From assembly GCA_045128735.1 (NCBI GenBank), contig JBGVRT010000120.1, positions 48,883-112,882 on the forward strand: 64,000 nt of DNA, in the 5' to 3' direction. Source of the stretch: Eubacteriales bacterium. GTDB lineage: Bacteria > Bacillota > Clostridia > Oscillospirales > CAG-272. Positions 31,604 to 39,248 of this stretch are shown here, piece by piece; the stretch's first letter is position 1; each line of letters opens with the position of its first letter. A program made the position numbers and the translations under genes. Under the pieces are notes generated by a model. It had not been told where the DNA came from. It did no database searches and saw only the letters and a list, made by a program, of their open reading frames with translations.

Positions 31604-32929
31604 ATGAGACTTTACATAAAATTGAAGGACTTTTTTGAAAGCCGTCTTTTCATCATTCTGAGTGTAATCGCGGCGGCTTGCTTCGTTGTCTTTGAATACG
31701 AAGCCTACGGCGCGATAATACTTCTTAACCTTGGTGCGGTGGCTTTGCTGTGCAGTGAGAACATAATATCGGCACTTACCCCCGCGTTGCTTGCCTGCAC
31801 CTTTGTAATAAAGTGCTACGACTCGGCAGAGCTTTTCTTCCCGTTGTGGTGGACGGCACTTTTCCCCATAGCGGCAATAGTTGCGTATCTTATAGTGTTC
31901 AGAAAAAAGATAACCGTCGGAAAAAGCTTTGGCGGTATAATTGCGGTGTCTGTCGCCGTTACCCTCGGCGGACTTTTTACAATATCTCCTGCCGAATATT
32001 TTTCGGGTGCGTCGATGTATTACGTAATAATGCTCGGCTTTGGAATGGCGGCGGCGTATCTGCTTGTGCGCTCGCATATAAACGAAACCGATAGGTATAA
32101 CGTGTTTGAGAGATACGTTGAAATAATGACGGTCGTGGGGCTTTTCGCTTGCTTCGTGGTATTTGAGTATTACGTAAAAAATTTCAGCGAAACCCTGCTT
32201 CTCGGTAAGCTTGCCGAAATACAGTGGAGTAATAATATTTCTACGCAGATAATGTTTTCAATGCCTTTTTTGCTTTGGTATATGCAAAAAAATCTCGCTT
32301 TCTTTCCGCTTCTGCTTGTGAATTACGGCGCACTTCTGCTGACAGGCTCACGCGGCGGTTGGGCAATGGGAACACTTGAACTTGTGGTCTGCCTTGCGGC
32401 GTATTGTATACTCGCTAAAAAGGGAAGAGCGAAAACCGCAGTGCTGTCTCTGCTTTGCGTGACGGCAATGGCGGTCATCGGAGTTGTGGCGTGGAGATTT
32501 ACCGTTTATGATAATCTCGATCAGAGCTTCATAAAACACAGCGACGTTCGAGTGAGACTTATTGCACGTTCCTTTGAGGACTTTTGTGCAAATCCGCTGT
32601 TTGGAAAGGGAATAGGAAACACCGCCAACTCTGATTTGTACAATGGCAAAAAGGGCACGATGGTGTGGTATCATATGATGATACCGCAGATTGTGGGAAG
32701 TCTCGGACTTGTGGGAATGTTCTGCTACGGCAAACAGATAGTCGAGCGCTTTGCGATGATATTCAAAAAGCGCGATATATACGTTTGGGTGTTGGGGCTG
32801 TCGTATATCGGAATGTTTCTTATGTCGCAGGTTAATCCGGGTGAATTCTGCCCACTTCCGTATGAGCTTCTCGTCGTCATCAACTTTATTATGGTAGAAA
32901 AATATCAAGAAAAGGAGCTGTCCTGCTGA
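31604..32929 (+). CDS. O-antigen ligase/polymerase (Wzy_C-like) family membrane protein
   Basis: 441 aa, polytopic, with an LLLTGSRGGWAMG loop typical of the Wzy_C domain. Confidence 0.75.
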   Translation: MRLYIKLKDFFESRLFIILSVIAAACFVVFEYEAYGAIILLNLGAVALLCSENIISALTPALLACTFVIKCYDSAELFFPLWWTALFPIAAIVAYLIVFRKKITVGKSFGGIIAVSVAVTLGGLFTISPAEYFSGASMYYVIMLGFGMAAAYLLVRSHINETDRYNVFERYVEIMTVVGLFACFVVFEYYVKNFSETLLLGKLAEIQWSNNISTQIMFSMPFLLWYMQKNLAFFPLLLVNYGALLLTGSRGGWAMGTLELVVCLAAYCILAKKGRAKTAVLSLLCVTAMAVIGVVAWRFTVYDNLDQSFIKHSDVRVRLIARSFEDFCANPLFGKGIGNTANSDLYNGKKGTMVWYHMMIPQIVGSLGLVGMFCYGKQIVERFAMIFKKRDIYVWVLGLSYIGMFLMSQVNPGEFCPLPYELLVVINFIMVEKYQEKELSC

Positions 32930-32938
32930 CAGCTCCTT
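32912..32938. terminator. bidirectional terminator between convergent genes
   Basis: AAGGAGCTGTC-ctgct-GACAGCTCCTT, an 11-bp stem; T-rich on the minus side. The plus-strand TGA stop lies at the loop/3'-arm junction. Confidence 0.7.
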
Positions 32939-32944
32939 ATATTG

Positions 32945-34339
32945 TTACCATTCAACCTCAAAATTCCGCAACGGCTGACAGTTGAAGGAGTAGTGGTAAG
33001 CCGATTGCGCGTTGGCGTCGAGACTGCTTTCGTATTCTCCGTAATAAAGCAGACCCTCCTTGCCGTACACGGCAATATATAAACCGCATTTGTCGTACCA
33101 ACCCGAGTCCATATGCAAATTGTCAACAATAACGAGCCGCTCGCCGTCAAAGTCCATTGCCATCCCCGACTTGAAATAGAATGGCTCTGTATCACCTATG
33201 CCGTCGTCGAATTTCTCGCAAACAAACTTCAACTCGTAAACGCCGTCACGCTCCTCAAGAACCGCAACGCGGTCGGCAAACTCATAGGTGATAAATCCGT
33301 CCATAGGGAAAATAATAAAGGACTGACCTTCATATATCTCTACCTTTTGAAGCCTTTTCATTGTGGCAAGGTCCACTACCTCAAGATAGGTCACGCCGTT
33401 TTCAATAATCGACATAATAAGTGCTGTTTGCTCGTCGTTCACAGTCATATAATTAACTGTAACACCGTCATCAAGCTTGTAAACCATAGAAAGTTCGTTT
33501 GCGCGGAGTGTGGAATCTCCGTATGGTAACGCATATACTCCGTACCCACCGGGAATATGACTGAAATCAACTGTTTTGCCCTGTTCGGTCTTGTTGTTTA
33601 TCGTGAAGTAGCAAGCTTTGTCAGTATAGGTGCTATAAGTGGAGAATGAGTAATAATCAGCGGCTTTGTCACTGTAACCGTGACCGAATCCAACCGAGTT
33701 TCCGCGGTGTTTTTTTACGTGAATATCCACGTATTCGTCTTCAAGTACGGGAATTTTTATAAATTCGCATATCTCGTCGTAGACAGATTTTGCCTTTTGT
33801 CCTTCAATTGTTGAAATGAAGAAAGAATCGTCTTCAAAATCGTTGGAATTAGTTGAAAGGTGAATATTGGGTAGGTTAATGTTAACGTCTATGGGATAAA
33901 ACTCGTAGCAATCCGCGAGGCGTACGGTGAGATTTCCCTCTTCCTCGTAGTCAAGAGTATCGTATAGTTCCTTATAGAGCTTGGCTAATCCTGTTTGTTC
34001 TGATGCAGGTTTGTTGATATTAAATCCGAAGTTTATGCCTGAATGAATTATGAGAGCCGAAAAGTGGGGTTTCTCATTATTGTACTTTTTCAGCTGGTGA
34101 AATTCGAAATTCGTTACCGCATCTCTGCCAACCGTGTATACCGAATCCCAAATCAAATGATTTTTATAATGTGAACTGCTCGTCACCCTTACACCGTCGG
34201 CAACGCTTTTGTCGCCGAACACCGCCTTTTCGGTGTAGGCAACTCTGTCGCTGTCGGCACTTACCGCCGTGGCAATCGTCACGATTGCCGCCGCAGATAT
34301 GATGAAAAGGGCAAGCGTAAGCGCAATATATTTCTTCAT
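32945..34339 (-). CDS. hypothetical exported/membrane-anchored protein (464 aa)
   Basis: N-terminal signal/anchor MKKYIALTLALFIISAAAIVTIATAV, then a beta-strand-rich sequence. No family recognised. Its start overlaps the upstream ABC ATPase stop by 4 nt. Confidence 0.7.
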   Translation of the reverse strand: MKKYIALTLALFIISAAAIVTIATAVSADSDRVAYTEKAVFGDKSVADGVRVTSSSHYKNHLIWDSVYTVGRDAVTNFEFHQLKKYNNEKPHFSALIIHSGINFGFNINKPASEQTGLAKLYKELYDTLDYEEEGNLTVRLADCYEFYPIDVNINLPNIHLSTNSNDFEDDSFFISTIEGQKAKSVYDEICEFIKIPVLEDEYVDIHVKKHRGNSVGFGHGYSDKAADYYSFSTYSTYTDKACYFTINNKTEQGKTVDFSHIPGGYGVYALPYGDSTLRANELSMVYKLDDGVTVNYMTVNDEQTALIMSIIENGVTYLEVVDLATMKRLQKVEIYEGQSFIIFPMDGFITYEFADRVAVLEERDGVYELKFVCEKFDDGIGDTEPFYFKSGMAMDFDGERLVIVDNLHMDSGWYDKCGLYIAVYGKEGLLYYGEYESSLDANAQSAYHYSFNCQPLRNFEVEW

Positions 34340-35073
34340 TGACCGTCCTCCCCCGAAATGTCGTCAAGTGCGCGGCTTACGCGGTCTGCTCGGTAGTTGT
34401 ATTTTTCCTTGATATAGCCTACAAGGTCCTTGCCCTCGTCCTCAAGCTCCGAGGTGGTCACGTCACCTACCACGCGACCGTTGTGAATGAGTATGGCGCG
34501 CCCGATAAAGTCCGAAACCTCCTCAATGAGATGAGTCGAAAGAATAACCGTCTCGTGAGGCTCAAGAATACCCAAAAGCACCTTGTAAAAGTCCTCGCGG
34601 TTGAAAATGTCGTTTCCCGCAAAGGGTTCGTCCATCAGAATATAGTCCGCGCCTTGGCAAAGAGCTAAAATAACCTCAAACTGATTTTTCTGACCCGTGG
34701 AAAAGCTCCTTATGGGTGTGTGCTTTTTCAGGTCGAAAAACTCCATAAGTCCGTTGAAGCGTTTTTCTGAGAAATCAGGGAAATGCTCGCTGTAAAATTC
34801 CTTGTGCCCTATAGCCGTGAGGTTAGGGAAAAAGGAGTGTTCCGAGGTTGCAAAGGAAAGTTTTGCAATATTTTTTCTCGTTATAGGCTCGCCGTCAAGG
34901 GTTATCTCGCCGTAGTAAGGGTGAAGCCCGAGAATGCACTTCATAAGCGTGGTTTTACCCGCGCCGTTCTCGCCGAAAAGTCCGACTATTTCGCCGCGCG
35001 GCAGTGAAAGATTAACGCCGTTAAGTGCCTTTTTGCAAATATATACCTTGTCAAGATTTTTAATTTCAATCAT
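34336..35073 (-). CDS. ABC transporter ATP-binding protein
   Basis: Walker A GENGAGKTT, signature FSTGQKNQ, Walker B ILMDEPF. Start at ATG 35073 (GGAGGAG RBS) forms an ATGA overlap with the upstream gene. Confidence 0.88.
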   Translation of the reverse strand: MIEIKNLDKVYICKKALNGVNLSLPRGEIVGLFGENGAGKTTLMKCILGLHPYYGEITLDGEPITRKNIAKLSFATSEHSFFPNLTAIGHKEFYSEHFPDFSEKRFNGLMEFFDLKKHTPIRSFSTGQKNQFEVILALCQGADYILMDEPFAGNDIFNREDFYKVLLGILEPHETVILSTHLIEEVSDFIGRAILIHNGRVVGDVTTSELEDEGKDLVGYIKEKYNYRADRVSRALDDISGEDGQ

Positions 35074-35582
35074 AGTAAACTCCTCCATAATTTCTGCCAT
35101 TGAAGCGGTTTTATACATTCGTCGGGCGTGATGAGCATATAAAGCCCGAAATTGACAAGCAGGGATACTGTCGCAAGTGCAATGAAAAGTGCGCAGAGCA
35201 CAATGGGAAGCGTCAGCGCCCGTCTGTGTCTCTCAAAGGAATTCGGCAATCGCTTCATTAAATATATACTCTTGCTTCCTTGATGATAGAGGCTGTAAAG
35301 GTATATCGAAAGCGCAAGCGAGATTACCGCATAAATGAAGTGAACCCGAAGTGCGCCACCGTGCAACAGATGAAAGTCGGTCATCAGCTCGCCCGAAAGC
35401 AAGGTTATTTTTTCTTCAACTATAAACAAATCCCAATATTTGTCGAAAAATCTGCCCCAAAAGACTACCATGTTGTAGAATTGGCAGGCTAAAACACCGC
35501 TTAGGAAAAAGGTCAATATTCCTCTGCTTGGCGTTCCGGGGGGCAAAGCCCTTTCAATAAATTTTTTAATTTTCTCCCACAT
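35070..35582 (-). CDS. hypothetical integral membrane protein
   Basis: 170 aa with about 4 hydrophobic segments; embedded in the operon by overlaps at both ends. Confidence 0.6.
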   Translation of the reverse strand: MWEKIKKFIERALPPGTPSRGILTFFLSGVLACQFYNMVVFWGRFFDKYWDLFIVEEKITLLSGELMTDFHLLHGGALRVHFIYAVISLALSIYLYSLYHQGSKSIYLMKRLPNSFERHRRALTLPIVLCALFIALATVSLLVNFGLYMLITPDECIKPLQWQKLWRSLL

Positions 35583-36315
35583 AACTGTTATCCTCGCTGA
35601 AGAAGTTGTAGCACATTTCGATAACGTTGATTACCGAAACCACTATAATAAGCGCCGTGTTGAAGGAATTTACAATGTCGGTCTTGAAAAATACCAAAGT
35701 AAAAATCACCATTGCAATTGCCGAAATACCCGCTTTTTTGCGCCTCTGCTTGTATGGGTATTCTGCCGTTGCTATTGAAAGCGCGATAAGAAGAAATGCG
35801 TTTCTTATCCATACCCAAACGTCTGAAAGAGGGAGCAGGGAATGCAACAGCTTGTTGCGGTAAAAGGCGAGGAATACCGATTGATTTCCGATAACTTCTG
35901 CAGGCATTACCTCTGTGTAGTAAAGGCAAAGCCCAAAGCAGACAGCTACCTCGGCGACCCACAGAATGAATAATATGCAGAGATTGTATATCGCCTGACA
36001 GAAGAACACCGAACGGCTGCTTATTGAAAGCCTGTCAAGAGTGTAGCCTGTTTTTGATGAAAACGAGGTTCCGGGTATGCAAAGCAGTACCGATATAAGA
36101 ACAAACGCAATGCCAAATATCCACCCCATAGGAGCGCGGTCGATAAGCGTTTCAATGTTGGCTACCGAAAGCTTCATATTGTAGGCGGTGAGTTCTTTGG
36201 ACGCCAAAGACGTGAAAATCCATATCTGAGCCGCCGCCATGGCGGTTATCGCAAGCAAAATTTTTATAAATGAGCTTTTGGCAAAAAGCCCGAAAACCGA
36301 TGCGTATTTTCTCAC
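35566..36315 (-). CDS. hypothetical integral membrane protein (putative ABC-2-type permease partner)
   Basis: 249 aa, polytopic; placed between the GntR and ATPase genes. Confidence 0.6.
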   Translation of the reverse strand: MRKYASVFGLFAKSSFIKILLAITAMAAAQIWIFTSLASKELTAYNMKLSVANIETLIDRAPMGWIFGIAFVLISVLLCIPGTSFSSKTGYTLDRLSISSRSVFFCQAIYNLCILFILWVAEVAVCFGLCLYYTEVMPAEVIGNQSVFLAFYRNKLLHSLLPLSDVWVWIRNAFLLIALSIATAEYPYKQRRKKAGISAIAMVIFTLVFFKTDIVNSFNTALIIVVSVINVIEMCYNFFSEDNSYVGEN

Positions 36316-36325
36316 TTAAATCACC

Positions 36326-36697
36326 TCAATTCCAGTATTTTTCAATAAGAGCCAACGCGTCAGCCTTGGAAAGCCCCATATCCTTGAGCTTTTCCACCGC
36401 GCTTCTTGCATCGTCCTCAACGAGCTCCTCGCGCACAGCATCAATCCGTGCCGAGTCAAGCACCATATAGCTTTTCGAGCCCGAGTGCGACTCAATAAGC
36501 CCCTCGTCCTCAAGCTGGCGGTATGCCTTTTGTATGGTGTTGGGATTAACACCGAGTAACGCCGAAAGCACGCGGCGAGAGGGAAGCTCGTCGCCGTTTA
36601 CCACCGCCCCCGATACCACACCTCGTTTAATGTGACGGAGTATTTGTAAGTATATTGGAAGGTCGTTCTGAATAATAAAGCTGTCAAATGATATCAA
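36326..36697 (-). CDS. GntR-family transcriptional regulator, short YtrA-like subtype
   Basis: Winged-HTH LPSRRVLSALLGVNPNTIQKAYRQLEDEGLIESHSGSKSYM. Start placed at TTG 36697 (AAAGGAG RBS 8 nt upstream); the ORF-track extension to 36853 crosses the promoter. Confidence 0.85.
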   Translation of the reverse strand: MISFDSFIIQNDLPIYLQILRHIKRGVVSGAVVNGDELPSRRVLSALLGVNPNTIQKAYRQLEDEGLIESHSGSKSYMVLDSARIDAVREELVEDDARSAVEKLKDMGLSKADALALIEKYWN

Positions 36698-36725
36698 TTC
36701 CTCAACTCCTTTCAAAAGGTAAACT

Positions 36726-36773
36726 GTATTATGCGTGTAATACGGTTGCGACTGTATTATACCACTAATACAG
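36726..36773. promoter_or_regulatory. two palindromic operators GTATTA-N6-TAATAC
   Basis: Site A is 36726-36743 (GTATTAtgcgtgTAATAC). Site B is 36752-36773 (CTGTATTAtaccacTAATACAG). B overlaps the -10 and A lies just downstream of the predicted TSS. Confidence 0.65.
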
Positions 36774-36784
36774 TTCGTTGTCAA
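36756..36784 (-). promoter_or_regulatory. promoter of the GntR-ABC operon
   Basis: Minus-strand TTGACA (36784-36779), 17-nt spacer, TGgTATAAT (-10 at 36761-36756). Confidence 0.65.
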
Positions 36785-36895
36785 GAGGTTTTTTAGTATA
36801 TAATAAAAAATTTTGAAAATCAGCGTAAAACATATTAACAAAACGTAATACAAATGATATAATCGTAATACAAAAACAAGCTGCGGAGGTTTATT

Positions 36896-37270
36896 ATGGC
36901 AAAAATATTAAAAAGTGTTAGAATCGATGAAGAAATTGTCGAGTTAGTTGATGAGTATTGCGCACTTTTGAAAAAGCATTTCAATATCCACTATGCTTTT
37001 AGCGATATAGTAAAAAAAAGTATTCCCAACTATAAGATAGGCGATGATATGGAGTTTGCTCGGTTTGTTGAATATATGATAAGTGTAGAAAAATATTCTC
37101 CTGAAGCAGTTCTCAGAACGATAAAACAAAAAGGACTTAAATTTAATACTTCTGTTTCTAAACAAACCTTGTATAGATATATTGAGCAAGGTGTATTTCC
37201 TATGATTTCAAACAACGAGCATCACATAAAAAGGAATAAGAAAGAACAAAATGGGAAAGTGGGGGAGTGA
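36896..37270 (+). pseudogene. IS30-family-transposase-like N-terminal fragment (no DDE domain)
   Basis: 124-aa ORF in an AT-rich stretch. KYSPEAVLRTIKQKGLKFNTSVSKQTLYRYIEQGVF...KRNKK resembles the W(S/T)PEQI...S.(E/R)T(I/L)YR.(I/F)..G segment of IS30 transposases. It ends well before a catalytic domain. Confidence 0.4.
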
Positions 37271-37337
37271 GAGAGCAAAAAGAGAAACAAGAAAAATACA
37301 GAGGAATTAAATAAAAAAAATTAAAAATGAAAAGCAA

Positions 37338-37368
37338 AAGGGACTGCGTTGCAGTCCCTTATTTTATT
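37338..37368. terminator. bidirectional terminator
   Basis: AAGGGACTGC-gtt-GCAGTCCCTT with T-runs on both strands; overlaps the stop of the minus-strand desulfurase gene. Confidence 0.75.
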
Positions 37369-38507
37369 GCCTTAAGTGCCTCTGCCAGACGGTCAATATC
37401 GCGTGAGGTATTGAACGCGCCAAAGCTTGCCCGTACCGCTCCCGTTTCGTCTGTGCCGATCGTCTTATGCCCGAGTGCCGAGCAGTGAAATCCGCCGCGC
37501 ACGCATATTCCCGAGTCACCGAGATATGATGCAAGCTTTTCAGAGGAGAGGGAAGCGTGGGAGAACAGCAACACCGCACCCTCATATTGGGGCAGGTGAA
37601 GCGTTATGCCCTCAATGTCGGAAAGGCGGTCGCGCCCATAGCGGAAAAGTGACTTTTCGTGCTCGCAAATTTTGTCAAGCCCCAAGCGCGAGACTGTCTT
37701 TATGCCCTCCGCAAGACCTACGATGGCGGGGGTGGGAAGTGTTCCTGCCTCATAGCGCTCGGGAGCATCGGCAGACATCTCGCACACAAGTGAGGAAAGT
37801 CCGTTTCCACCCTCAATAAGAGTGTCGAGCGAGAGCTTTTCAGAGAGAGCAAGAAGCCCCGAGCCCTGTATTCCGTAGAGCCCCTTGTGTCCGGGAGCGC
37901 AGAGCGCGTCAATGCACATTTGGCCCATATCAATGGGAATGTGACCTGCCGATTGCGCCGCATCTACCGCAAAAAGAATTCCGTGCCGTCTGCAAAACGC
38001 GCCAATCTCTTTTATGGGTAGGGAATAGGAGCAAATGTTTGACGCGTGAGTGCACAGAACAAGCTTGGTGTTCTTTTTGACAAGCCTCGCCACTCCCGCG
38101 CATATCCTCGTTGGATTTGAGCGTGGATTTCCGCACATTGACGGAAAAACGTCGTATTCGATAATTCCGTCGGCGGCGAGCTTGCATATGGGACGCCACA
38201 CCGAGTTGTGCTCAAGGTCGCTTATGATAACGTGGTCGCCCTTGTGCAAAAGCCCCTTGATAAGCATATTCAAGGCGTAGGTGGTGTTCAGCGTAAAGCT
38301 TACCCGCTCAGGCGCGCCCACGCCGAAAAAGTCGGATATAAGCTCTCGGCATTTGTATATTCGTTTCGCACTTTCCATAGCGAGGGCGTGAGAGCCGCGC
38401 CCCGGGTTTCCGCAGTACGTTGAGATACATTGCCCAACCTCGCGCCACACAGAACGGGGCTTGGGAAAGCTTGTGGCGGCATTGTCAAGATAGACGCAGG
38501 AGTTCAA
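37359..38507 (-). CDS. class V aminotransferase-fold PLP enzyme, cysteine desulfurase-like
   Basis: 382 aa, VYLDNAATSFPKP N-terminus, PLP-lysine context APGHKGLYG. Confidence 0.8.
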   Translation of the reverse strand: MNSCVYLDNAATSFPKPRSVWREVGQCISTYCGNPGRGSHALAMESAKRIYKCRELISDFFGVGAPERVSFTLNTTYALNMLIKGLLHKGDHVIISDLEHNSVWRPICKLAADGIIEYDVFPSMCGNPRSNPTRICAGVARLVKKNTKLVLCTHASNICSYSLPIKEIGAFCRRHGILFAVDAAQSAGHIPIDMGQMCIDALCAPGHKGLYGIQGSGLLALSEKLSLDTLIEGGNGLSSLVCEMSADAPERYEAGTLPTPAIVGLAEGIKTVSRLGLDKICEHEKSLFRYGRDRLSDIEGITLHLPQYEGAVLLFSHASLSSEKLASYLGDSGICVRGGFHCSALGHKTIGTDETGAVRASFGAFNTSRDIDRLAEALKAIK

Positions 38508-38743
38508 ATCATTTCACCTCCGCCGCCTTTGATATAACTGCTCACGGAGATTTTTGCCGTGTTAAAGGCGGAGCGCACTGCCTTGTGTTCCTCGCAGGAA
38601 TACTCAATGCCATAGGCGCAACCGCGTCTTGTCATCGACGGGTCAAGCTTGACGATTTTTCCCGAAAGGCCCGATTGCTCAAGCACAGCATTAGCCTTCA
38701 TTGCGACGGTCAGAGAGCCTATCGCGGCTGTACAGCTTTTCAT
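38504..38743 (-). CDS. DUF3343-like small protein (putative S/Se carrier-like)
   Basis: 79 aa, 4-nt overlap with the desulfurase gene. The sequence pattern AMKANAVLEQSGL...RGCAYGIE is recalled from the DUF3343 family. Confidence 0.55.
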   Translation of the reverse strand: MKSCTAAIGSLTVAMKANAVLEQSGLSGKIVKLDPSMTRRGCAYGIEYSCEEHKAVRSAFNTAKISVSSYIKGGGGEMI

Positions 38744-38817
38744 TTACGCACCTCCTTCAATGTCAATATATGATGAATGAGGTCGAAGGGTGATTGCGCA
38801 AAAAATATGACACCGAC

Positions 38818-38933
38818 AAATTGGTGTTTGGTGCACTGTGTTCGCACAAACCCGCCTCCTTTGCCTCCCTTGTCAAAGGGAGGGGGACCGCGGAACGCGG
38901 TGGAGGGATTCACGACAGATAAAACCAATAAAT
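38818..38933. repeat. palindromic intergenic repeat, copy 1 (variant right half)
   Basis: AAATTGGTGTTTGGTGCACTGTGTTCGCACAAACCCGCCTCCTTTGCCTCCCTTGTCAAAGGGAGG... aligns with 56374-56440; degenerate right end AAAACCAATAAAT. Confidence 0.75.
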
Positions 38934-39020
38934 ATGTGTATTGATGGGGATTTCAAATTATTGAATCCAACCCACCCGCTTCGCTAACAAGGTCGCAAGC
39001 GACCTGCACTATCGTGGTCC

Positions 39021-39075
39021 GTCCCCCCTTTGACAAAGGGGGCAAAGGAACGGGCGCACAATCAAACACCAATTT
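39021..39075. repeat. same repeat family, right-half copy
   Basis: CCCCCCTTTGACAAAGGGGGCAAAGGAACGGG...CAAACACCAATTT aligns with 56421-56475. Confidence 0.7.
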
Positions 39076-39098
39076 ATTGCACCCAAAGCTAACGACTC

Positions 39099-39196
39099 GG
39101 TGTTTAGCCGAGGAGTGGGGTGCGTGGCATTATGTTCGCACAAACAATGGTGCGCTGACCTTTTGCCCGCGGGGGCTTCCCCGCAAACACCAATTT
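39099..39196. repeat. same repeat family, degenerate full-length copy
   Basis: GGTGTTTAGCC...TGTTCGCACAAAC...GGGGCTTCCCCGCAAACACCAATTT; the right end is identical to 56447-56475 except for one base. Confidence 0.7.
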
Positions 39197-39204
39197 ATCT
39201 GCGT

Positions 39205-39234
39205 ATAAAAAAGGCTGACCTTGTCGGTCAGCCC
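39205..39234 (-). terminator. murE terminator
   Basis: On the minus strand, GGCTGACC-gaca-AGGTCAGCC followed by TTTTTT. Confidence 0.8.
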
Positions 39235-39248
39235 CATATCTTATTAAG

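Noticed and set aside
38890-38922. Possible tRNA 3'-end remnant (minus strand ...GTCGTGAATCCCTCCACCGCG), which could act as an att site paired with tRNA-Arg at 45134-45210
   Set aside because: Only an ~8-nt core (GAATCCCT) matches the tRNA T-arm. The enclosed segment would contain essential murE, and no integrase is present. Chance similarity within the repeat variant is more likely.
38740-39208. Short ORFs translating to ...PPFDKGGKGGG... / MVRPPFDKGGKGTG... (also the N-terminus of ORF 55527-56465, ...PPLSKGGKGGG...)
   Set aside because: The shared 'peptide' is just the translated G/C hairpin (CCCCTTTGACAAAGGGG) of the intergenic repeat family, read on either strand. There is no RBS and the frames differ between copies.
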